Assembly: GCA_964421365.1 (NCBI GenBank)
Contig: CAYQXT010000001.1
Coordinates: 1 to 36,613 of the forward strand
DNA length: 36,613 nucleotides
Direction of reading: 5' to 3'
Source: an uncultured Bacteroidaceae bacterium
GTDB taxonomy: Bacteria > Bacteroidota > Bacteroidia > Bacteroidales > DYOH01
Shown one piece after another: positions 1 to 7,962 of this stretch (positions are counted from its first letter, which is position 1; every line of letters begins with the position of its first letter). The notes beneath the pieces were generated by a model. It did not search any database, was not told where the DNA came from, and saw only the letters and a list, made by a program, of their open reading frames with translations. The position numbers were made by a program, and so were the translations under genes.

Positions 1-67
1 CTATCGGGCTTAAAAAAACACATTTTTTGATGTTTTTCGCAAGTCCGTAGGACGACCCTATTGTTAG

Positions 68-87
68 CCCATAATTTTAATTATGGG
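68..87 (-). terminator. Palindromic hairpin 10 nt 3' of the folC stop
   Basis: cccataatt-tt-aattatggg forms perfect 9-bp arms. No U-tract follows, so the call is weak. Confidence 0.35.
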
Positions 88-96
88 AATTATTTA

Positions 97-1407
97 TCAT
101 TCTCCATTATTTAGAAGGTCAGCGACAATAAAACTACTACCGCCTACGAAAATAAAATCGGAAGATTCCGCCTTATTTTTTGCAGCTCGAAAGGCCTTTT
201 TTACGGTATCGTATTTTGAACCTTTTAAACCTTTAAGCCTTGCTTTTTTATATAATATATCAACCTCTAAAGCCCTCAGAATACTCGCTTGTGTGAAATA
301 ATATTCGGCTTCTTTGGGCAAAAGAGACAAAATTTTATCTATATTTTTATCGTTTACCGCACCATATATAAAATGTAATTTCTTAAAGGGATATTTATAA
401 ATTTGTTCTACAACTTGCTTAATCCCGTCTTCGTTATGCCCTGTATCACAAATAGTTAATGGATTTCTGCTAATGATTTGCCAACGCCCCACTAATCCGC
501 TTATTTTTTGTACCTTAGACAATCCTTTAGCCATGGCTACATCGGATATAATTAGATTTTTTCTGAGAATTTCGAGTGTCGTTAGTACGCTTAAAATATT
601 TTTATGCTGATAATGCCCCAATAAATCTAAATCAATTGGTGTAGAGAGGGCATTCCCAAATCGCGACAGATGTATTTGTTGATGTTCTTCGGTAGTTTGT
701 AGCGCATAGTCGAAATGATAAATATCTTCGGCAAAAAATAAAGGCGCTAGTTTGTCAAGGGCTTTTTCGATGAAAACGTCCTTTGTTTCGGAGTGTTTTT
801 CTCCTATAATTATAGGTGTATTCTGTTTGATAATTCCTGCCTTTTCTCCCGCAATATCTGTTAGAGTATGTCCCAAAAACTGCGTATGGTCAAAGCCTAT
901 GTTTGTGATGATGGTGAGTTCGGGACTAATGATATTTGTCGAATCCAGACGGCCTCCCAGACCTACTTCCACTACTGCAATATTTATTTTTTTATCGGCA
1001 AAATAACTAAAAGCCATAGCTACAGTCATCTCAAAGAAGGATGGCTTTAATTTTTCAAAAATAGCATGATTTTGTTGGATAAAATTAAGCACAAAGGATT
1101 TTTCTATCATTTTGCCATTCACTTTTATACGTTCTCGGAAATCGATTAGATGCGGCGAAGTGTACAAGCCTACTTTATAGCCGGCTGCTTGTAAAACTGA
1201 TGCCAGCATATGCGAAACAGAGCCTTTACCGTTTGTTCCGGCCACGTGAATGCTTTTAAACTGCTGATGTGGATGGCCGAAATGCTCATCTAAAGCCAAG
1301 GTGTTTTTTAAATTTGCTTTATAAGCTGCTTTTCCTTGTCTTTGATACATCGGTAGTTGTGAAAACAACCATTCTAAGATTTTTTTATATTCTGTATTTT
1401 CATTCAT
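97..1407 (-). CDS. folC: Folylpolyglutamate synthase / dihydrofolate synthase
   Basis: Mur-ligase P-loop HVAGTNGKGSV, plus EVGLGGRLDSTN and ITNIGFDH motifs. The start is moved to the second ATG (MNENTEY) because the 27 nt upstream belong to a conserved non-coding block shared with two other genes. Confidence 0.9.
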   Translation of the reverse strand: MNENTEYKKILEWLFSQLPMYQRQGKAAYKANLKNTLALDEHFGHPHQQFKSIHVAGTNGKGSVSHMLASVLQAAGYKVGLYTSPHLIDFRERIKVNGKMIEKSFVLNFIQQNHAIFEKLKPSFFEMTVAMAFSYFADKKINIAVVEVGLGGRLDSTNIISPELTIITNIGFDHTQFLGHTLTDIAGEKAGIIKQNTPIIIGEKHSETKDVFIEKALDKLAPLFFAEDIYHFDYALQTTEEHQQIHLSRFGNALSTPIDLDLLGHYQHKNILSVLTTLEILRKNLIISDVAMAKGLSKVQKISGLVGRWQIISRNPLTICDTGHNEDGIKQVVEQIYKYPFKKLHFIYGAVNDKNIDKILSLLPKEAEYYFTQASILRALEVDILYKKARLKGLKGSKYDTVKKAFRAAKNKAESSDFIFVGGSSFIVADLLNNGE

Positions 1408-1434
1408 ATTTTTATATTTTAAGAAAAACCACAT
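1405..1434 (-). promoter_or_regulatory. Conserved start-proximal block ATGTGGTTTTTCTTAAAATATAAAAATATG (copy 1 of 3)
   Basis: Nearly identical 30-mer to 15351-15380 (minus). Related to 24653-24693 (plus). Confidence 0.5.
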
Positions 1435-1707
1435 TTATTTAACGGTATTCTGTAAGCTTTAACCATTTACAATTAACAATTATATTGAGCCAGATAAGTC
1501 ATTTTAAGTAGTGAGACCTATTAAATCGACCCTTCTATTATTCGTAATCTAATGATTATAAGGTGAGAGCAAAATTTACAATTTACAATTTACAATTACT
1601 TAGTACATTTTAGTGAAAATTTTCCCAAAAAAAATACATTTTTTTATTTTTCAACTTTGTTTATTAATCAAAAAAAGCGTATTTTTAAAAAAACAAAAAT
1701 AGTTATT

Positions 1708-3036
1708 ATGGGAAAAGAAACAAAAATCTTCGTGTTGGATACCAATGTAATTCTTCATGATTACCATTCAATCCATAATTTTGATGATAATGATGTAGTT
1801 ATCCCTATCACGGTCTTAGAAGAATTGGATAAATTTAAAAAAGGAAATGATACGGTAAATTTTAATGCCCGTTCGTTTATGCGCGAATTAGATAAAGTAG
1901 CAGGGAAAGAACTGTTTAATCAAGGTGTTTCTTTAGGTGTCGGCAAGGGAAAGTTATTTATCGAAACAGGTAAGAAATTTAGTGAAATCATGCAGGAATC
2001 TTTTGCCGAAGATATGCCGGATCATCGGATATTAGCCGTTGCTGAGTTCTTACATTATAAATATCACGACCGGAAAGTAATTTTGATTTCTCAGGATATT
2101 AATCTCCGCATGAAAGCCAAAGCTATTGGTGTTTTGGCAGAGGATTATGAAACCGGTAAAGTGAAAGATATTGAAAAACTCTATAAGAATGTGCATGAAG
2201 TACACATAGAGAAAAGTGAGTTAATCAATAAAATGTATCAATCTAAAACCGGAGTAAGTGTCTCGGAATTAGAAGAATTCTATCAGCCTAATGTAAACGA
2301 ATATTTTGTTTTAAAAGATGGAAATTCAAGCATCTTACTTTATAATAACCCCTTTGAAAAACGTTTGGAAAAGGTGGATAAAGTTCCGGCTTATGGAATC
2401 AAACCCAAAAATTCCGAGCAGGCATTTGCTATGCACGCGCTTCTTAATCCGGATGTGAAGTTAGTGGCTTTAACCGGAAAAGCCGGTACCGGAAAAACTC
2501 TTCTGGCTTTGGCAGCGGCACTTCAGCAGCGGCATATTTTCAATCAGATATTTCTTGCGCGTCCTTTGGTGGCCTTATCCGATAAAGATATGGGGTATTT
2601 GCCCGGTACAGCTAAAGAAAAAATAAACCCTTTCATGCAACCGCTTTTTGACAACCTTTCGGTAATAAAAAATCAGTTTAGTTCGCAAAGTAAAGATTAT
2701 CAGCGTATTGAAGATATGCAGAAGGAAGAAAAATTACTAATTACCCCGCTGGCTTATATTCGCGGTCGGAGTTTGACAAAGGTGTTTTTCATTGTTGATG
2801 AGGCGCAGAATCTTACGCCACACGAAGTAAAAACCATTATTACAAGAGCTGGCGAAGACGTGAAATTAGTCTTTACCGGAGATATTTACCAGATAGATTC
2901 GCCTTATTTGGATGCAAAATCCAATGGTTTATCTTATTTAAGCGACAGAATGCAAGGTCAAAAAATATTTGCTCATATTAATTTAATGAAAGGCGAGAGA
3001 AGCGACTTGGCAGATTTGGCCAGTAATTTATTGTAA
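1708..3036 (+). CDS. PhoH-like ATPase with N-terminal PIN domain (PhoH2/YlaK type)
   Basis: PIN acidic motifs (FVLDTNVILHD, VLEELD, ISQDINL). Walker A GKAGTGKT and Walker B FIVDEAQN. Start taken at MGKETKIF. Confidence 0.85.
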   Translation: MGKETKIFVLDTNVILHDYHSIHNFDDNDVVIPITVLEELDKFKKGNDTVNFNARSFMRELDKVAGKELFNQGVSLGVGKGKLFIETGKKFSEIMQESFAEDMPDHRILAVAEFLHYKYHDRKVILISQDINLRMKAKAIGVLAEDYETGKVKDIEKLYKNVHEVHIEKSELINKMYQSKTGVSVSELEEFYQPNVNEYFVLKDGNSSILLYNNPFEKRLEKVDKVPAYGIKPKNSEQAFAMHALLNPDVKLVALTGKAGTGKTLLALAAALQQRHIFNQIFLARPLVALSDKDMGYLPGTAKEKINPFMQPLFDNLSVIKNQFSSQSKDYQRIEDMQKEEKLLITPLAYIRGRSLTKVFFIVDEAQNLTPHEVKTIITRAGEDVKLVFTGDIYQIDSPYLDAKSNGLSYLSDRMQGQKIFAHINLMKGERSDLADLASNLL

Positions 3037-3165
3037 TCGGAAAGAACCAGAAATTTAGAACGCCGATTTATTATGATTTGAGGGTGTAATATATTGGAGG
3101 TATCCTTTTTTACTGTTGGAAAGCTTTGAACTTATGACGTTTCCAAGTGCCTATTGGCACGTTGA

Positions 3166-3297
3166 AAAGTCTGCCGGATAATCTTTCCAACGTGCCGACA
3201 GTCAATTGGAAACGATTTTATTATTACTGACGAAATCCGATTGCAACAAATAGTAACAAACCTTATAGAAAATACCGTAAAATTCACAAATTACTAA
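3166..3297 (+). pseudogene. Histidine-kinase remnant (N-box region only)
   Basis: The open frame after a TGA reads ...FIITDEIRLQQIVTNLIENTVKFTNY*. This is a classic HATPase_c N-box (RLxQIxxNLxxNxxKFT). There is no start codon and no HisKA part upstream. Confidence 0.55.
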
Positions 3298-3362
3298 TGA
3301 CGAATTACTAATGCGGTTCTACAATCCTGAATCCCAATTTCTGATTCCTAAATCCTAAATCC
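3288..3362. repeat. AT-rich motif mosaic (family R3: ATTCGTAAT / TACAAT / GAATCAGG-type words)
   Basis: The reverse complement resembles 20738-20808. Related words occur at 13758-13836 and 1537-1600. Confidence 0.5.
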
Positions 3363-6300
3363 CATGACTAGTACATCGTCAATTTGGTCTAATTCTCCTT
3401 TCCATTCCTCAAAGAAATCATCAAGAATCTGATGTTGTTCTATCATTGGTTTCTGATGAATTTCCTTTAGTTTAAGTCTGAAAGGTTTGTATTTCAACTT
3501 TTTGGCTTTTGGCCCTCCAAATTGGTCGGCATAACCATCGGAAAAGAGGTAAAAAACATCCCCTTTTTTCATCTCAATAGTAGTTGTGCTAAAGGAATCC
3601 ATAATATCGAATATAGCAATGGGCATTTTGTCTGGCTTATAGATTAAATCCTCTCCCTCACGGAATACATAAAGTGGATTATTGGCTCCTGAATATTCTA
3701 AAATATTATTTTCTATATCTATGGTACAAAGCGATATGTCCATACCATCCTTAGATTGGTCTTCTTCTTCTTTGTGTGATTGATGTAGCGCTTTTATTAC
3801 ATTATCTCTTAATGCATTAAGAATTTCGTGAGGCTTGTGGATTTCTTTTTCGTTTACAATTTTGTTTAAAAAACTTATTCCTAACATACTCATAAAAGCT
3901 CCTGGAACGCCATGACCAGTACAGTCGGCAGCTACAACAATCATTTTATTTTTGGCATGGCCTATCCAGTAAAAATCACCACTAACAATGTCTTTGGGTT
4001 TAAAAAGCACAAAAGAGTCGGCAAGTGTCCCATTGGAAAAGTTCTCGCCTGGTAATGCAGCTTTTTGAATTCGTTTGGCATATTTAATACTATCGGTGAT
4101 TTCTTTTTGCTGCAAGGCTATTTCGTCTCTTTGTATTTCGATTTCTGTCAGATGTTCCTGAATTTCTTCTTTTTGTTTTACGACTTCGGCCGTACGTTCT
4201 TTTACTAATTTTTCAAGGATTATTTTTTGTCGTTCGATTCTTTTTATCCGTGCTCTAACAAAGAAATAAACCAAAAGAATGAGTAGAATAATTCCGCTGT
4301 ATTGGGCAATCTTTGTTTGCCACCACGCCGGGTGGATATTCAATTGTATTTTCTGTCCGGTTTTATTCCAAATACCATCATTATTAGAGCCAATAACCTG
4401 AAAAGTGTAGTTTCCGGGGGGAAGATTTGTATAATTGGCAAATCTGCGGTATTTTACTTTATTCCAGCCTTTATCATAACCAATTAGTCGATAAGAATAT
4501 TGATTTTTTTCTGAAAAAATATAATTCAGCGCCACAAAATCAAATGAAACAAAGTTTTGATACCATTTTAGATCGATTCTTTTTTTAACAGCAATGCTAG
4601 AATCCAATTCATAGTCTGTGTTGAAAACCTGAAAACGGGTAATCAGTACATCGGGGATATTGGGATTATCCTTTATGTCTTTGGCATAAAAAGCATTCAA
4701 GCCGTTAACGCCACCAAAAAGTAATTTGCCATCATGGGCTTTAAAGTAGGAGCCTACCAGAAATTCATTACTTTGAAGGCCGTCATTTACATCATAATTG
4801 CGTGTTGTGCCATTTTTGGGGTTGAATTTGCAGAGTCCGCCATTGGTACTCAACCATAAGTATCCTTGCGCATCTTCAATTATCCCCATTATCACGTTAT
4901 TTGCGAGACCATCTTTTTCTGTAAATTTTGTAAAACTTTCATCATTGGGGTTGAATCTATTCAAACCTGCCCCTTTCGTACCTATCCAAATTCGGCCTTT
5001 TGAATCCTGGAAGATAGAGTAAATCCGGTCTTCACCAATAGAAGCTGGATTGTCTTCATTGTTTTCGAAATGCTTGAATTCTTCGGACTTTCCATCCCAA
5101 AGATCGATACCGCCTCCATAAGTTCCAATTAAATAATTCCCGTTTTTATTCTGCATGATACACGTTACATAGCTACTACTCAATGATTGCGGTTTATTCG
5201 CAATATGTTGAAAGGAAGTAAAAGTTTGATTTTCATAATTAAAGCGATTTATTCCTCCGCCAAATGTGGCTATCCAGAGTTGTTTTTGCCTGTCTTCAAA
5301 AATTTTATAAATTTTATCGTTACTGATAGATTTCGGATTATTTGCTTCATGTATGAAATGTTTAAAAGTTCCTTTTTTTCTGTTCATCAAATCTAATCCA
5401 CCGCCATCTGTACCAATCCAAAAATTGCCACGGCTATCTTCAAATATTGCTCTTACATGATTGTACGATAGTGAATTATCTTTTCCGAACTTATGCTTAA
5501 AATGGGTAAAAGTATTATTATTCTCGTTCCACCGATTTAATCCGCCATCCACTGTTCCAATCCAAAAAACCCCTTGTGCATCCTGATAAATAGAACGAAT
5601 CTGACTCGTGGATAGAGAATTAGAATCATAAGGATTATGCCGGAAAACATCCATTCCCTGAGTCGTTTTATTCCATTTATTGATTCCTCCTAAAGAAGTT
5701 CCTATCCAAAGTACGCCTGTTTTGTCTTGATAGAGTGATTTTACATTGTCCACACTCAGGCTGAAAGCAAAGGTTGGGTCGTGAGTGTAACTTATATATT
5801 TTTTTGTTTTAGGGTTGTATAGGCTGAGGCCTCTGTTTTCTGTCCCCACCCACAGCAAATTCTCTTTGTCTATTAAGATAGAGCTTAAGTTATTGCTCCT
5901 CAGCGAATTTTTTATTTTTGTATTGACCACAAGATGCTCAATAATGTCCAATTTATTGTTTAATAATTTAACATGAAAAAGTCCGGTATTTGTAGTTATC
6001 CATAGTTTATTGTCAGAGTCGGTAACAACATCTTTTATTTCATTAGACTTGCTGTCTTTCGTAAGCGTGAAATTTTTAAAATTGCCGTTTTTTTTATTAA
6101 AGTGGCTAAGTCCTTTGTTCGTTGCTACCCATATTTCTGATTTCCAATTGAATATCTTGTGGATTTGCTCGCTCGAAATACTACTTTTATTGGCAGGATT
6201 GGGATGAAATTCGAGTACCATCTTTGTTCCTCTATTCAGGAAAAATAGCCCCTTTTGAGTACCTATCCAGATGTTTTTTTCCGCATCCTCGGTAATGGAT

Positions 6301-6710
6301 TTTACGTTCAACATCAGTGGGGAAACATTTCGGGAACGCAGATAACTTACGTTATAAAATTTATCTTTTGTGCGGTTATAAATCGAAATACCCCGATTTT
6401 GAGTTCCAATCCAGATTAAACCTTTGCTGTCTTCAAAAAGAATGTTTATAGAGTTTCCGGCGATAGAATACGGATTATCCGGTTGGTGATGGTAAACACT
6501 TACACTATATCCATCAAATTTATTTAATCCATCGATGGTGCCAAACCACATAAAGCCCTGACTGTCTTGTAAAATTGTATTTACTGTGCTTTGCGAAAGA
6601 CCTTGCTCTATAGATAAATGTTCAAATTTTATACTGTTATTTTGGGCATATACCCTATTAAATACTCCCAGTATGGCGATTAAAGAAATAAGAAGGAATT
6701 TTTTTTTCAT
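3348..6710 (-). CDS. Periplasmic double-propeller/Y_Y_Y sensor fused to a cytoplasmic PP2C/SpoIIE-type phosphatase
   Basis: Signal peptide MKKKFLLISLIAILGVFNRVYAQ. Many two-component-regulator propeller repeats (WIGT/WIAT/WVGT..GL..F). TM helix IAQYSGIILLILLVYFFV followed by a coiled coil. SpoIIE motifs SGDFYW, DCTGHGVPGAF and FSDGYADQFGG. Confidence 0.85.
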   Translation of the reverse strand: MKKKFLLISLIAILGVFNRVYAQNNSIKFEHLSIEQGLSQSTVNTILQDSQGFMWFGTIDGLNKFDGYSVSVYHHQPDNPYSIAGNSINILFEDSKGLIWIGTQNRGISIYNRTKDKFYNVSYLRSRNVSPLMLNVKSITEDAEKNIWIGTQKGLFFLNRGTKMVLEFHPNPANKSSISSEQIHKIFNWKSEIWVATNKGLSHFNKKNGNFKNFTLTKDSKSNEIKDVVTDSDNKLWITTNTGLFHVKLLNNKLDIIEHLVVNTKIKNSLRSNNLSSILIDKENLLWVGTENRGLSLYNPKTKKYISYTHDPTFAFSLSVDNVKSLYQDKTGVLWIGTSLGGINKWNKTTQGMDVFRHNPYDSNSLSTSQIRSIYQDAQGVFWIGTVDGGLNRWNENNNTFTHFKHKFGKDNSLSYNHVRAIFEDSRGNFWIGTDGGGLDLMNRKKGTFKHFIHEANNPKSISNDKIYKIFEDRQKQLWIATFGGGINRFNYENQTFTSFQHIANKPQSLSSSYVTCIMQNKNGNYLIGTYGGGIDLWDGKSEEFKHFENNEDNPASIGEDRIYSIFQDSKGRIWIGTKGAGLNRFNPNDESFTKFTEKDGLANNVIMGIIEDAQGYLWLSTNGGLCKFNPKNGTTRNYDVNDGLQSNEFLVGSYFKAHDGKLLFGGVNGLNAFYAKDIKDNPNIPDVLITRFQVFNTDYELDSSIAVKKRIDLKWYQNFVSFDFVALNYIFSEKNQYSYRLIGYDKGWNKVKYRRFANYTNLPPGNYTFQVIGSNNDGIWNKTGQKIQLNIHPAWWQTKIAQYSGIILLILLVYFFVRARIKRIERQKIILEKLVKERTAEVVKQKEEIQEHLTEIEIQRDEIALQQKEITDSIKYAKRIQKAALPGENFSNGTLADSFVLFKPKDIVSGDFYWIGHAKNKMIVVAADCTGHGVPGAFMSMLGISFLNKIVNEKEIHKPHEILNALRDNVIKALHQSHKEEEDQSKDGMDISLCTIDIENNILEYSGANNPLYVFREGEDLIYKPDKMPIAIFDIMDSFSTTTIEMKKGDVFYLFSDGYADQFGGPKAKKLKYKPFRLKLKEIHQKPMIEQHQILDDFFEEWKGELDQIDDVLVMGFRI

Positions 6711-6961
6711 GATATATTAAGCTTTTTTAGCATCTTTATCTTTAGTTTAATATAAGAACTAATTTTCTTTCTTGCAAATTACAAAAAATATGCAAATATG
6801 AAAAAATTTAGGCCTGAAAAATTCTTATGCCGAATCTGTATCATGTTAGCTATGCATATTTTTGTGATATTTCGAATGAAAATGAAATAAAAAATCATTT
6901 TCGCTATTTTGATAGTGCTTGAGAATAACTAGTTTCTACGAAAAACAAAATTATCAATTCT

Positions 6962-7082
6962 GCATTAAGACAAAAAACGGTCGGACGGATAGTTTTATTT
7001 AATTATAGAAAACAAACAACTTATTTACAATTAGTTAATGAATTGGTTAGACCAATTTTATGTAAAATTATTAATTAAGCCT
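6962..7082 (-). mobile_element. Degenerate copy of the 129-bp MITE family (copy F)
   Basis: aaaaaacggtcggacggatagttttattt...caattagttaatgaa aligns with copy C (31831-31959). It supplies the fake N-terminus (MNWLDQFYVKLLIK) of track ORF 7038-7721. Confidence 0.6.
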
Positions 7083-7765
7083 TCTTTGTTGGAAATTTAC
7101 GTAAAAGACACAGGAATTGGAATAAAACAAGAAAGTCAAAAAATAATATTTGAACGATTTTTGCAGGAAGAAAAAAGTTTAGAACGAAATGTTGGAGGAC
7201 TTGGATTAGGACTGTCAATAGCCAAAGAAAACGCAGAGCTACTTGGTAGCAAAATTATGCTTCAGTTAGAAAAAGGAAAGGGTTCTACATTTTTTGTTAC
7301 AATTCCTTATAAACCTGTAAATTCTAAAATTGAAAATGGTAATTCAATACCTAAAAAAATATCACCAAAAGAGGATATATACATCATTCTTATCGTTGAG
7401 GACGAAGAAGTAAATTATTTGTATCAGGGGACATTACTCGAAGATCTTGGCCTTAATTTGAAAACTTTACAGGCAAAACAAGAAAAAGAAGCTCTTGATA
7501 TGTGCAAAAAAAATACAGAAATTGACTTCGTTTTAATGGATTTGAAAATGCCGATAATGAATGGTTTTGAAGCAACAAAGTTAATCAAGGAATTTCGCCC
7601 AAATTTGCCAATAGTTGTCCAAACAGCCTATTCGACAGGAGGGAGAGAGAACAAGCAATTTCGGCAGGTAGTGATGATTTTATTTCAAAACCCATATGCG
7701 AAAAAACTTTTATCAGAATAATTAATAAATACTTGATAGCAAAAAAAGATAACTCGAATATATAA
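7080..7765 (+). pseudogene. 3' part of a hybrid sensor histidine kinase (HATPase G1/G2 boxes plus receiver), frameshifted
   Basis: EIYVKDTGIGI (G1), FERF and GGLGLGLSI (G2), then a receiver domain ILIVEDEE...VLMDLKMP...VVQTAYS. Near 7638-7645 the frame shifts. The shifted frame continues EREQAISAGSDDFISKPICEKTF...* to 7765. Confidence 0.75.
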
Positions 7766-7918
7766 GGTATAGGTAAATAATGGTGGATGCTGAATGTTGT
7801 TTGTCGGTAAAGAATAGTTTGTTTCTAAAATATAAATAATACTTACTGAATACTTAATAAGGAAGTTGTGAAAAAAAATACGAAAAAAAAGTGAAATCTC
7901 GCCTATTAGTATTAAGTA

Positions 7919-7954
7919 AAGTCATAGTATGAATGCGAAATCATACTATGACTT
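7919..7954. terminator. Perfect 14-bp hairpin between the convergent HK remnant and the GH13 gene
   Basis: aagtcatagtatga-atgcgaaa-tcatactatgactt. Confidence 0.55.
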
Positions 7955-7962
7955 ATTAATCC

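Noticed and set aside
1408-1434. N-terminal extensions MWFFLKYKN (folC), MSSNVLYMWLILKYKR (15354-15401) and MVFLKKILKYKQ (24655-24690) appear in the six-frame track.
   Set aside because: Conservation is at the nucleotide level across unrelated genes, and the mature proteins align from the downstream ATG. I treat these as upstream non-coding blocks. Use of the upstream ATG is not formally excluded.
1574-1600. A TTTACAA x3 tandem repeat and other short direct repeats were considered as a possible CRISPR or satellite.
   Set aside because: The 7-nt units have no spacers and only about three copies, so this is a microsatellite-like tract. No CRISPR-like repeat-spacer array exists anywhere in the window.
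7038-7082. An apparent ATG start and N-terminus (MNWLDQFYVKLLIK) for the kinase-like ORF 7038-7721.
   Set aside because: These codons lie inside a degenerate MITE copy (6962-7082). The kinase homology starts only at about 7080, so the ORF is a remnant and not a complete short gene.
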